NCBI GenBank assembly: GCA_002189035.1
Contig: CM007989.1
Location: 7,068,001 to 7,132,000 of the forward strand
DNA from: Utricularia gibba
Lineage: Eukaryota; Plantae; Magnoliophyta
Direction of reading: 5' to 3'
DNA: 64,000 bases
Both the position numbers and the translations under genes were made by a program. Each line of letters begins with the position of its first letter. The first letter of the stretch is position 1. The notes under the pieces were generated by a model, which was given only the letters and a program-made list of their open reading frames with translations, did no database searches and had not been told where the DNA came from. This document shows positions 23,467 to 36,766 of this stretch, piece after piece.

Positions 23467-26104
23467 ATGACTTCGGACCGGGGAGCGGCTTCGGGGCCGT
23501 TGGAAGGGGACCGGGATCAGCTGGTGGCGCGGAGACGGTCCATGCGAACGGAAATAGCAATGGAACGACCCAGACGGACGCTGCGCTGCCTCCGACGTGC
23601 GCAGCGCATAGACTAAGGCTGAACCCGAATTGTGATCACAAACCCGATAACTACGACGATTTGCAGCTGGATTTTAACCCGTTGATTTTCAGCTCACTGG
23701 AGAGGTATCTTCCGCCGAATTTACTCAATCAGGATCGCGATGTGAAGGTCGATTTCATGCGGAAAGTTCTTCTTCGCTACTTCCCTGAAAAAGAACGACT
23801 TCGAGTATGTGCCCTGAAACTTTCTGTTTTTATCAAGTTCTTTATTGGTTGGTTTTCCACGAGTTCTCAAAATTTAAAAGCTAATGAATTTTTATACTTT
23901 CCTGTAGTCTGTTATCTCTTTAGGTAATCTTTGGAGCCACATTTATGAGAACTTCAACTTTCTTTGGTAAAACAGTATCAGATACTACTGCAAAGAGTCT
24001 CCTCTTTATCAATTTTGTATTTTTAAATGCATGAAAATCCTTTTCGATGGAATCATACTTTCTGTATTTTTTGAGAAGTTATTGCCTTTGAAGAGGGCAT
24101 TACTTCTAGAACAGCGTTCAAGTGTCATTTTGGCGTATCTTGACATCTTTTTGGGTTTCAGCTCGATCTATGATTGTTGAAATTTATGTTTACCGCATCT
24201 TCTGTTTTTTGCCCATGCCCGCTACTGGGTACCCGTCAGTTAATGTATGTTGGCAAGTCCTTTTTATGATGTTTTGTACAATCATTAATATTCAAGGTGT
24301 TTGTATACTACCCCTTTTAAACAGATTCAAAAACATCGAGAGTATAGGCAGAAGATTATATCGAACTATCAGGTTCTTCATCATTGTACCTTCTTCTATG
24401 TTATCAATTCAAAATACTCGAGAGAACATGAAGTCATCTTTTTCATTCTCAGCGTCTACACAGGGAGCTATACAGTATGCAAGCTGAAAACTTTTTTAAA
24501 CCCTCATTCCTAAGAGCTATAAATGAGAACACTGAGCAAGGTTATAGGGATATCATGTCTGAACCTCATCCAGGTGTCTTCTCATTTGAATTCCTGCAGC
24601 CACAGTTCTGCGAATTGATGATTTCAGAAGTGAGTCCTTTGGTTGTCTGTATCATATCAACTTAAAATATCATTTTACTCACTGCCTGAAGTTTCTCACA
24701 CACTTTCCTAGGTAGAGAACTTCGAAAAATGGGTGCATGAGACGAAGTTCCGGATTATGAGACCTAATACGCTGAATAAATACGGTGTTGTTCTTGATGA
24801 TTTTGGTCTCGGGGCTATGCTTGATAAGCTCGTGGAATATTTTATACGCCCCATTGCAAAAAGTAAGGTTATATTTTTTTTTCAGTATTGTTAGCGTTGC
24901 TCCTTTCCTGCTCATTTGATTTTTTTTGGGATGGCAGTTTTCTTTGCTGACGTTGGTGGAGCAACACTTGATTCACATCATGGTTTTGTCCTTGAGTATG
25001 GTATTGACAGGGATGTTGATATGAGTAAGTTATTGTTCTTACCTTTATTTTTTCCGTGTTTAATGACTAAACAATTTCTTTGAAAGATTTGTACTAGAGG
25101 AACTTTACATCATTGTCTTAGTGCAAACAGGTTCATTGCCTTTTTGTTGTATTTTTTTATGTGCTATCGATGCAAGTAATCAATAATGCATCTGCTCGAA
25201 CATTTTCTGCCTTGCACAAGAGCATAGTGTGCACAAAGCTCTCTTATTTGTTCAGTGAACTCTAAGTGATGTTTAAACACATGAAGTCTTTTCAATGACG
25301 AATCAAATTTTTGGGCAGGTTTTCACATGGATGACTCAGAAGTGAGTTTAAATGTTTGCTTGGGAACACAGTTTTCCGGGGGTGAACTCTTCTTTCGTGG
25401 TGTACGGTGTGAAAATCATGTAAATACAGATACGCAAATTGACGTGAGTGTGATCGTACAGGAGCTTTTCATTATTCCTCACGAAAGTAGAACTCTGTCC
25501 TGCATTTTAGGTCCGCATCATTACTTAGCTTGTGGGCCTCTCTCTACAGGAGATTTTCGACTACCAGCAGGTCCCTGGTTGTGCTGTTCTCCATCGCGGC
25601 TGCCACAGGCATGGTGCAAGAGCCACCACGTCTGGTACCAGGATCAATTTCGTGTTATGGTGTAGAAGGTACAAAACACTCTTCCCTTCATGCCATTTGC
25701 TTATCATGTGTGAAAGTTTTTAGATGTGTTTCATTTTGAGTGTCTCGAATCCTTGAAATATTCATTAACTAATCTCTGCTCTCATATCACTTGCTAACAT
25801 TTTTCCCGATTGGAGAGCTGTGTAACAGACGTCTATTGCGAACCCATCATTCTAATAATCTTCCTTTTTCAACTCAGCTCTGTGTTCAGAGAGCTGAGGA
25901 AGTATCAAAGGGATTTCTCCGGTTGGTGCACCGAGTGCTTGAGAGAGAAGAGGGAAAGACAGCGTCAGTCTGTAGCTGCAACCAAGTTGGTATGCAATGC
26001 AGCGTGCAACCATGCGTTTGTCAATACTTTCTACCATCCATTTCTCAAGTATTCTAGTTTTTATCCAGGAGTTGCTTAGAAGAGAGTGCCAAAATTCCTC
26101 CTGA
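23467..26104 (+). CDS. 2-oxoglutarate/Fe(II) dioxygenase of the CUPULIFORMIS2/ICU11 family (apparent 1-nt frameshift near 23508)
   Basis: Exons encode AHRLRLNPNCDHKPDNYDDLQLDF, QKHREYRQKIISNYQ, VENFEKWVHETKFRIMRPNT, LDSHHGFVLEYG, GFHMDDSEVSLNVCLG (HxD), AVLHRGCHRHGARATTSG and SSVFRELRKYQRDFSGWC. Last exon ELLRRECQNSS*. The ATG at 23467 joins this frame only with one extra G. Confidence 0.9.
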
Positions 26105-26988
26105 GCCTAGTCAATAAGCTAGCTACAAACGCCACCATATCATGTAAGAAGTTTACCCAGATTGTGCTTGCTCGCATTGTGTATGGTCCCCCGGCTCCCA
26201 TTCCTCCATTCCTTTGGACATGAATGTCAACTTTTTCTGCAATGACAAGTCATGGGGTTCTGATGTGTCATGCAAGAAACACTCAAAACAGGAATCAAAT
26301 TTTCTGGGGGTGAACCTAAGAGACCACTTGAAAAAGCGTTTGCTCACCTCAGCTGCTGCATGCATGTAAAACCCCTACTCTTTACACGGACACCAATATC
26401 TGACGTCTCTTTTAGTCAATATTCTGTTTACAATACCTTTTTATACGCTCTGAATTTACAAAAACAATACTTTTCATTTAAATTGTAGTCAATTTGTCAT
26501 ACAGTTTTGCGAACCTTTTCCTGCATTCTTCATTTCATTAGAAACATGTGTCCTTGCATGTCTGCAATCGTCTGCAGTACTTGGTGTTCTAAGTGGAACA
26601 CTTCATCGGTGGAGCACAACACACCATCATGGACTACACTCTAGTTTATCCAACAAGATTTTCATTCTCATTTCTCTGGTTTTCCTCTTCTGATGTGTTG
26701 TTCTCTACATTTTCCTATTTTATCCCTTTCTGGGTCATTGTGATTAGGATATGTCTCAATAAACAACTTAGGTTGAAGTTCTTGTAATGTATGTTTTGTT
26801 GGAAAACGAAGCTATAACAAGCAATATCAAAGTGAGGCACACCCCAAGGAAGAATAGGAGCAAGTTTGGAGGAAGGTAATTAGGAATGGATGGAGAATAA
26901 ACAACACATTTAGTACATGAGGGTAAAATAGACATTTTATTGTAATGCAAATTAATCTAATTATTTAAAAACACGGATTGCAATTTCA

Positions 26989-27055
26989 GAAGCCCAATTT
27001 TCGAAACCCAATTTTCGAAACCCAATTTTTGAAACCCAATTTTCGAAGCCCATTC
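26989..27055. repeat. 14-bp tandem repeat CCCAATTTTCGAAA, about 4.5 copies
   Basis: Unit starts at 26993, 27007, 27021, 27035 and 27049 (partial), ending about 95 bp upstream of the GWT1 ATG. Confidence 0.9.
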
Positions 27056-27148
27056 AATTTCCTACGTTCTTTTCTTCTTTATTTCCCAAAAGGCCATTGT
27101 CTCCTCTCTTGGTGTGTTGATTTGCAGTGCGCGTCGCCAAGCTCGTCC

Positions 27149-30117
27149 ATGGAGTCATTTAATCCCAACAAGAATATCAAAGAACAGTAGGATTATTTTC
27201 TTTTCCCATTGTAGGGCATTCAACTTTCACGGATGTTAGTGATTTTTTTTTAATCTTTTGAATGCAGATTCGTCAGCAATCTGACTGGTTCTTCGAAGCT
27301 GGAAATGTTTTTGTTCATAACGAATCTCTCGGTTGCAATCAATAACTTAACTCTTTGTACCACTCTTTCCTAATTATTATGGAAATTTTGTTCTTTTTTT
27401 TTTCAGGTATTGATTCTTGTAAGACGTTGTATTGGGTTCGGTTCTAGTAAGTTTATTGCCTCTATTTAATCATTTATCGTTGACGCTGCTCGTTCCTTTT
27501 AGGTCCTTATTCCATTTTTTTCTTCCTCCTGCAGTGCGTTCTGTTAAGAAAGATGGTTATGCTCCTGGAACTCGCAAGTCTCTGAAAGTGTATATGATGT
27601 GTTTATTTGTCGACTATCTCTGCGTTGGAGTACCTTACATTTTGTTTATGACGGTAAGGCTTGTAGTTAATGCAATAGGGTGTATGCTTTGCTAGCTCTG
27701 TTAACACAGAGACTGGATTTGGAGAGATACCACTGAAAAGGCTAAACTAAGTGAAATGTTAACTTAATGTTGTATGCTTTAGAGTTCCATCCATGCGGAA
27801 AATTCAGCACTTTTACTGCCTCAAAATAATCTCCGCAACAGGTTTGGATGTATTAATTATAGGTTATAGCAGAATGGACAATGTGGATCACTGTCTTGCT
27901 GATTTCACTTTTGATTTCTCTGCAACTGCCAAAGGGGTAAATGACATAAAGGATTTTTTTTTATGGTAAATGTTTTTTCTTAAAATGCTTACTTGAAATC
28001 TCCTTCATATTCAGAGCAGCAATCGAACATATCTCTTGCAGGAAGATGGTTCTAGCACTGTAAGAGCATGCGTTTCATCATATAGAGTGTCCATGGTATG
28101 TGTTTTTTATCACCCTCTTTGAAGATTAGAACTTAATTCTTCTGAAAATTAATGCAGATGCTTGCTACAAGTATTTCCATTTTGGCTGTTGATTTCAAGA
28201 TATTTCCCAGAAGATATGCAAAAACTGAAACTTATGGCACTAGTTTGGTGAGAACAACTTTTGCAACTATCTATGGTTCGACACATCTATTCTCTCATGG
28301 GTTTTGGTTGCAACTGTTTCCCCATATTTGTAAAATTTAGGCTCTTTATTAGTGTGTTTGGAGGGTACTTGGCACGCGTAAAGCTCCACTGAATTCTAGG
28401 AAGTGCACCTTTGGAGTTGTTTTTTGCTAATAGATTGACTTGATGATTGAACTGGATCATTAATGGTTCTGTAGCATTTTTCTATTTCATCTCCGGCTGA
28501 ATGCTCGTTATGGTTCTTTGAAATGACAGATGGATCTTGGGGTGGGTTCTTTTGTGCTAGCAAATGCACTGGTTTCACAGCAGGCTCGAGCGCTCTCAAA
28601 CAAGTAAGTTCTCAAGGCCTTCATATATCCCAATTGCCTATAAATTAACTTCTTTTCATGCCTTTTTAGGTCTCTTGCAAATGCTCTCCTGTCAAGTAGT
28701 CCATTAATTCTTCTAGGCCTTGTTCGACTCATTTCCACATTGAGGGTTAATTATCAGGTGCAGTTTGGTTTGTTTAAATTTGGCACTTCATGCTGGATTT
28801 TGATTGAATTCTCTCCCAATCATTAGTTCGTTTCAATTCTTCATGCAGGTTCATGTTGGGGAGTATGGTGTTCATTGGAACTTCTTTTTCTCCCTTGCTG
28901 CTGTGGCTCTGCTCACATCAATTTTCAGTATTCATCCAAAGCATTGTTTTGTTAGTGGTTCTGTTATTCTCATTGGTATGCCATAGATTCTCTTGTTTTC
29001 TACGTACTTTTCACTGTCTTTTGTGACTGATTAGTTTCCTTTCTCTTGGATGGGAACTCGCTCACTCGTTCACATAAAAAACTGAACTTACAGGCCCTAA
29101 ACCTCTCCCCTTGTGACTTATAGACTGTTTAGCTAATTTTTATGTTTTATCGGTAACAGGCTATCAAGCTTCTCTTTTTTGTGGATTGAATAAATATCTT
29201 CTATCTGACGAAAGGGGTGCTACCATCTTTAGTATGAACAAGGAAGGAATACTTAGCATATTTGGTGAGGATCAAGTGCTTCAATCCAAGATGAGATAGT
29301 TTGAGATGGAGCATTTAGCTAGCTCCAAACTTATTAAATTTTTCTTCCATCAGGATATTGGGGCTTGTATCTTCTTGGTGTCGGTATAGGACACTCCCTC
29401 TTCTTCAAGGGGACCGCAGGCACTGCCTCAAAATCTATGAATTTGAGAATACATATGTGGACACTCTGCTTCTTTTTCTGGTGAGGAATTGAACTCTTGG
29501 CCTTTTTTTACTTTTGCATACTTCTAAGGCACCCTCTTGTCGCACAGGGCAACAACCTTGATCTTTGACAGATATGTCGAAAGAATATCTCGCCGAATGG
29601 TAAGCTCAATTTCCTTGATTTGGAGACTCCTTTCTTATGGTGAAGAAACTGACTTTTATCAACCCACTGCAGTGCAACTTAGCATACGTTTCATTCACTC
29701 TGGCTGCCAACCTTCAAGTAACTACATAGTTTCTCCGCAATACCGATATCTTTCTTGACAGCCTATTACATAATCCCCTGATTCAAATGCAGGCATTGTC
29801 CATCATGATGCTCCCGATTTTCACATACTCAAGCAGAATCTCATCTCTCGAAGAAGCATTCAACCGTAATTTACTAGCATCTTTCCTACTGGTAAGACAC
29901 AGGCTCCACCCCACGTAATCTCCAGACTTATTCCTCCAATGATTTTTCAAATACATGACTACAGGCAAATATCTTCACCGGGGTGGTCAACCTGTCCCTT
30001 GACACCCTCTCTGCATCTTCACCGGAAGCTCTAGGTATCCTTCTCGCCTACACCTTGGCCCTATCCCTCTCCATTGGATTTGCAGATTTCCTTGGAATAA
30101 AGTTGAAGTTTTGGTAG
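27149..30117 (+). CDS. GWT1: GPI inositol acyltransferase GWT1/PIG-W homolog (At4g17910-like), multi-exon
   Basis: Exons encode [112 protein letters not shown] and GIKLKFW*. Confidence 0.88.
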
Positions 30118-30311
30118 ATAGTTTTGAATGGGAACTTCTGCTGTAACTGTATACGCTTTGTTATGCATGAATCAGGATCTGTTTTGTGCTAGAATTGTTC
30201 TACGTATGCTGCTTTTGCTGTGCAATAAGAAACGATATGCGACTGCTCTGGAGGCCACTAGCAGGTAAAGCTTGGAATAAATTCATTGCCCACTTCGCAC
30301 TATTCAATACC

Positions 30312-30332
30312 ATCATCATCATCATCATCATT
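30312..30332. repeat. (CAT)n microsatellite
   Basis: catcatcatcatcatcatcat read directly. Confidence 0.8.
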
Positions 30333-30623
30333 TCATCGTTCATCGTTGGAAGCTGGACCACCGGAGCGGAATCTTGCAGTGACGTCAATGCCTGAAACTG
30401 CTGTAGTTTGTGCAACCGGGTCGGGTCAGAAAAGTGGTGATGAGAGTTTGCTTTGAAAGAAATGAAAATAAAAAAAAGAAAGAAATTGAAAAGCTGTGAG
30501 GCAAAATAAAATAAATGAATTATTTAATGGGTAGTATAAAAGAAATGATTTTCACAGCTGGACTATAATCTGCACGCATCCACCGGCGACTCGTTTTTCA
30601 CTCTTTTGGAAGTCTCTTCTGCC

Positions 30624-32782
30624 ATGGAGGCTACGCCGGCGCCGGCGATGCCGCAATCGGTGGCTGCGCCCATCGTCAACGCTGCCGTCACCGCTGGGGT
30701 GTACGCGGAGTCGATCGATTCCTCGCCGCGTTCTCGCCACACGGAGCAATTGGAAGCCGATCCTGTGTCGGCTGTGCCGCAGAAACTCCGGTTGATGTGC
30801 AGCTACGGAGGACACATAGTTCCTCGACCACATGATAAAACCCTCTGCTACGTGGGCGGCGACACGCGAATTATTGTAATTGACCGCCACACTTCGCTTT
30901 CGGACCTCCACAATCGTCTCTCTAAAACCCTCCTCCATAACCAATCCTTTTTGCTGAAATACCAACTGCCGAACGAGGACCTGGATTCTCTGATTTCTGT
31001 GGCGACGGATGAAGATCTCGAGAATATGGTGGAGGAGTACGACCGCCTTAGTAATGGCGGGGGGTCTCTGAAACAGGGGCGTCTTCGTCTCTTCTTGTTT
31101 CCGAAGTCGCAGTCAAATATTGAACATCTTCTTGTTGAAACTGGGTCCGCAAAGTCGGAGGACTGGTTCTTCAACGCCTTGAATGGAAAGGCAAGTACCG
31201 TATCTGGTGGCTGCGCAAGTGATCGTGGGTTTTCGGAGTCTTCTTCGATTAATAATCTTCTTGGTTTGGATGAAGATCCAGTTGCTAAAGGTGGGATCGG
31301 AGGAAAAGATGGTGAAGCTCAAGCAGAGGGGTCAAAAGTCTCCGGAACTGGATCGGGAAATAGCGCTGTTAATCATGATGTACACTCTATTCCGGGTTCT
31401 CCAATGCTCGACACCACATCGTCTTTTGGATCTACTAACAGTTCCCCGTCAATGGCAAATTTGCCGCGTATAAAAGTACATGTTGAGGAGAATCCGAAGG
31501 TGGGCATTATAGGACTTGAGGATCAGTTTCAGCAGATGCATGTTATTGAAGGTGGAAATGCTAATTTACCGCTGTCTCATAAACAAGAAGAATTGGGGGG
31601 TTTGTGGCACCGGTGGCGGTTGCCCCTGGTTTGCCGGTAGTTGTCGGTGGAGAATATGCCGCTGGCAGGGTGTTATCCGATGATGAGAGATCGGAACATG
31701 GTGGTCATACAAGAGTTCAACAAGTTCAGGTTCAAATTCAAGGTCATTCTCATTTGCCACAGCTTCCGGTTGCCCAAATTCCGCAGAAATCATCTGGTGT
31801 GACTGATTTGGCCTCACCTGATTCAGTATCAAGGTGCAGAATTGAAACCTCAGATAAGAATTCTCCATTTTGTCTCCTATTAATATGATTTTAACTGTTT
31901 GTATTCATGACTTATTGATGTAGTGAGGGAAGCGCCAGAAACACATTGTCTAAGCAGATGCAAGTCGTGTATCAAGAACCTATTGCACAAATACCATCTG
32001 GAAACAGCAGGGTCAGCCCTAGCCAGGCTGATATCAAGAATGGTGAGCCTGATAGCATCAAGTATCAAGTGCAACCACATGTTCAGGAACATGGGTATAT
32101 ATTATCCGGCCAGTTTGACCAAAACCATCATACCTTGCATCGTCCACAACAGTTTGTTCATGCTGGAAACCAGTACATACCTGCTGGAGCGGTACCGATT
32201 GCATCTTACTACCCTGTTTATGCACACCAGCAGCAGCAGAACTTACACCAACATCTGATTGACCAGCCATACCCATTCTACTTCATGCCGGCTCGACCTG
32301 CTCAAGCATACAGCTTGCAACCACAGCAGCCAGCTTATAATGAGCTGCCACATTCAGCTCCTTCTAGCCGCCCCCAAACGCCTCCTCCTGCTGGTGCAGC
32401 ACATCAGGTAGCCTATACTTCCACAATTACCGGTCCTTCCTCCAAACCTGAACTTACTACTGGGGTGTATAGAACTGCTGCTGGGGTAGCTCAGCAATTG
32501 GTGCAGCTTCCCTCAGGCCAGCATCAAACGCAGTATGTGGGTTTCAGCCAAATTTCTCATCCTTCTCAGTCAATTAACCCCATACCCGGAGTCAATGCTC
32601 CTTTTACCTATGAGTTTGCTGATCCTTCACGCCCCCAAATGTATTACAGCCAGCCTCTGCCTCCTCAATCAGCTGCCCATTACCAAACATTGACACCCGC
32701 TACGGCTGCAGTGATACCGAATGCCTCTGCTCAGCTCCCCGTAGAGACTGTGAAGCATCCGGTCAAGACACCGCAACCATGA
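30624..32782 (+). CDS. PB1 (octicosapeptide/Phox/Bem1p) domain protein with Pro/Gln-rich tail (apparent 1-nt frameshift at 31595-31600)
   Basis: DSIDSSPRSR, KLRLMCSYGGHIVPRPHDKTLCYVGGDTRI, LKYQLPNEDLDSLISVATDEDLENMVEEYDR and RVLSDDERSE. One intron at about 31833-31923. The last exon ends at 32782. Confidence 0.9.
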
Positions 32783-35186
32783 TCAAAATTGTGAGTAGCC
32801 GTTGGATGTAACAATTTTGCAACAGTGGGTTTTGATTTGTTACTGCAATATCTGCATCCCGTTTATATATGTTACAGATAATAAGAAGCATTGTCTTGGT
32901 CTTTGTATTTCCGTGTCTGTGTGTGCCTCTGCGTCTAGAGAAACAGTGGATGTATGATCTCCTATAGTAATATTGCATCTAAAGTTACATGTCCAGTTAA
33001 TATCTCTTTATGCCCCAGTGTTTTTTGCACTATTTTTATAATTCAGATACTCCCAGCCCCCGTTTATTTCATCATTCAACTAATTTCGAGGTGCTATGGA
33101 GTCGTATGCCGTGACCTCATGCCATGTTATTCTTGGTGACACAAGGACAGCATGCGCTATTACTTGATGTGTACTTCACCTACAAGTTGAGGCAAATTTT
33201 ATTGGCCATCCTGTTGAATGTTTCACTAATTTCATACGTGCTTCTCTACCTTAAGTTGCATGATCTTTGTTTTTAGCCGAATCTTGATAGGACTGAGTTG
33301 GTATATAGGATTATCAATCATCTTGTGCAATGCCTTTATTTTTTCTTGTTCTTGCTGCCGTGTTGCCAAGGTAGGTCTTGCTTTATTCGAGGATCTTGCC
33401 TTATTTCATAAACCCTTTCGTCCTTTGTATGGATGAGAATATAGGATAACAAGCCTGCTATGGTTTACAGCTACACACTTGCTCAATGTGTTGTAGCGAA
33501 TTTGAATATAGCTGATGAACAGTCTTTCACCTATTGTATATTGTTCCCCGTTGAGAAACCTGGTGCTTCCCATGTTACACTCCCTGACAAGCTTATGTGG
33601 TGCTCTGAGCTTTGAAGAGTCTGAGGGTGACTCATCTCCTTGTCAGTTTATCCTTTGCTCTCTTCTCTTGTCTGCACACATGATTCTTTTATTGCAGCAC
33701 GCTGTACCATCCCATGGTATCAAGGGGCTCCATGTCTGTGACATGGTTGAAAAGAAACAGCAACCATAACATCACCATGACCACCATGTGGTTGCAACCG
33801 CAACAGCACATCTTCTCCTCATGTGTTGAACCAGTTCCAGCTTGACCCATGTTCTGAAGCTCCAACACTAATCCTTTCAGGTAAAAACTTGTTACTGCGG
33901 AGGAGCTTGGTCCATCTGGTTGAGTAAAAAGGGTAAATCTAAAAAGTGAATAATGATGTGCAATCTGTCCTGTGGATTTATGCTCATGTGGATTGTCTGT
34001 CGCAGTAACTTTTTCCTTGTGCGTGGGGTTGTGGTGTCGTCTGGTCAAAAATATGTGTTCACATCACATGGTGCCACCAGGTTCGCCCCTGTCTGCAAAT
34101 TAGGGTTTTAATCTCTCATCACATTCTGAAATTCAAAAAAATGGCTGGAAAATCGAATGTGCAGCAGCATTATTGGAATATTATTTTAAAATAATACGCC
34201 ATAATGAATTCCGTCTGAACCACACAGTCAATGCGGTGGGGTCCAGTAACATACGCTAAGAAGTATTATGCGGGTATTATATTTATCATCATCATTATTA
34301 TTATATTATTATTCCATATGCCCAATCAATGTTCGCCACGAATATACCCAGGAGGAGCACGTAAAAAAATACTACATTACTCCAACTATAAATGTTATTG
34401 GATCGAGTTAGGTTGGGTTTTTCATTTATATTTTAGATTTTAAACATTAATAATCTCAAATGTAAATGATATTGTATTTCGTTAGTATATATATGATAAA
34501 TTTATATTGTAAATTTTAAATGATGTCTATATTTATTCATAAAAATATAATATATTACATAATTAGTATTATAAAAACTATTTATATAAAAATAAAAATA
34601 ATAATTGATTCATGTTCCTATAAACGATTCATTCGGATTCAAATAATTTATAATCAGTTATTATACTTTGTTATGACCATTTATTATTGATTCTTAAATG
34701 GTTTCACTTCTAATTGGTAATAATTTCCGATCCATGAACATTTATAACTCCAACCATACACGAGCTCTTGTAATATTCATGTAAGAATTTATACTCAGGA
34801 TTAATTTTTTTATTATCTTGGAATGTGAAAAAAAAAAAAGTGATGGGATGGGTAAATGGCCCGGAAGAGCTGTGGGGTGGTCCTTATCAACTTGAAGCAA
34901 GTTGATTTTATGCCACCTACAAAGTTATCCTTTGTAACCTGGCAAGTGACATATTCGAACATTCGCGCGGATAGAATGAATATATGCAACCCAGCAGACC
35001 CATAGGAATAACTGCATCAAAGAATTCTTAGTGATGGTGAGGTTCCCTTCATTAGAACATGAATGCTGTTATCATCTCTTCTTAGTATAAATATGCATTT
35101 GGTTCTGGTAATCACTGTAAGCAGGCACTCATCTGGGGTGTACAGGAGGTAAGCGCCATGCTTTTCTTTTGCTTCACTAGAAGGGG

Positions 35187-36460
35187 ATGGATATTTCAGT
35201 TGTCTCCAATCTGCTCTTCAGGAACTGGTTGGTTTCTGTACTGAAGATGGAAGGTGGAAGTTCACCTGGGAGTGGTCCTAAGTATGAATGCTTACTCTTT
35301 GATCTGGATGACACCCTCTACCCTTTGAGCTTGGGTATAAACATCGCATGCCGTAAAAACATCGAAGGTAAGGTGTATTATATATTTGTAGATCGATATT
35401 CGATGATCAAGAAGGTGATTCCCATCCATGGTGATAGATTATATGAGGCATCAGTTGCATATCCAAGAGAGTGAAGTGCCCAGGATGTGCTTGGACTTGT
35501 ACAGGGAGTATGGAACCACAATGGCTGGCCTTAAGGTATGCAGAAAACTGCTATAGGATCTGATCAGTATGAGTTTGAGCTAACTGTCTTCTGTATGAAC
35601 ATGGATTTGCTTGCAGGCAATCGGCTACGAATTCGATAACGACGAGTTTCATGCTTATGCTCATGGTAGATTGCCTTATGATTTACTGCAACCTGATCCA
35701 GTGCTGAGGAACCTCCTCTTGTCCATGCCTCAGAGGAAAATAGTATGCATCTCTGTGTATTAAGTGCTGAAAATTTTGGTCATACTAACTGGAGACTGTT
35801 TCATTGCAGATCTTTACGAATTCGGACAAAGTCCATGCTGCTCAGGTGGTTCGCCGGTTGGGGTTAGAAAACTGCTTCCATGATGTTATATGCTTTGAAA
35901 CTCTTAATCCTCCACCGGAACCTGCGAAAATCGAAGACGGGGTGGATGATGAGCATCTTGTTGATAAAGCTAAGAGAAGCAGTGAAGAGGATGCTGCTAC
36001 CTTGAAGAAGAGAATTATCTGCAAGCCTGTAATCCAAGCATTTGAAGCTTCTATACTCATGATGAACATTGATCCAAAGAAAACAGTAAGACTGAATTGC
36101 TTTTCTGTACACAGAATCAAAAGTTAGCCAGAAAGCTGATGAATCCTTCTCTGCTTCTTGTCAGATCTTCTTTGATGACAGCATTCGTAATGTTGCAAGT
36201 GCAAAAGCAGTTGGGCTTCATACTGTAATTGTGAGTTCAATATTTCATTGTTCTTGAAGATAATGAGTTGGGGTGCATCACGAGAGAAAGTAAAATAAAC
36301 ACTGCAGGTTGGAAGATCAACTCTGGTGCCTGGTGCAGATTATGCTTTGAACAGTATACACAACATTAGGGAAGCCATACCTGAAATATGGGAGACTGAG
36401 GAGGATTATTCAGAGCACAGGATACAGTCCTCTGCTGTTGAAACTGCTGTTTTAGCATAA
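35187..36460 (+). CDS. HAD-superfamily hydrolase, pyrimidine 5'-nucleotidase/SDT1-like (At3g62040-like)
   Basis: KYECLLFDLDDTLYP (motif I), YGTTMAGLK, VHGRLPY-type exon, IFTNSDK, ICKP, IFFDDSIRN (motif IV) and ETAVLA*. The start could be 35187 or 35247. Confidence 0.92.
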
Positions 36461-36766
36461 AGATCAATAGCATTAGCTTTTACAGCTTCTGCAATAAAAT
36501 CTCTAAGTGATTGATTGCAAGAGCTCAGTTATTGTATGGTCCCAGCCTGCCATTAATATGACACTAATTGTCTATCATAATTGTTGGCAAGATTTTAATA
36601 CAGAGAACTAACAGTTGATGAAAAGAAACAACACAAGTTAGCAGAGGTGAAACAAGAGCTGCTTAGGAAGATAACCATCTTTCGCCCAAAAGAGGGTATG
36701 AGGATACATGCAATCCCTCCTTTGTTTTAGTTTACATGCATTGTCCGGTTTGTAAGCATGGAGCCC

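Noticed and set aside
27910-28030. Possible seventh single-base deletion in a GWT1 exon (TTT run near 27915)
   Set aside because: The frame can also be kept by a nearby alternative acceptor (cagagcag), so the frameshift is not required.
33584-33646. CTGACAAG...CTTGTCAG inverted repeat with a TGACA start reminiscent of miR156/535
   Set aside because: Only 8 terminal base pairs are perfect, the interior pairs poorly, and there are too many mismatches to the known mature sequences.
35149-35180. Apparent intron and uORF upstream of the HAD gene
   Set aside because: The donor-acceptor distance is only 32 nt, and leader structure cannot be fixed without transcripts.
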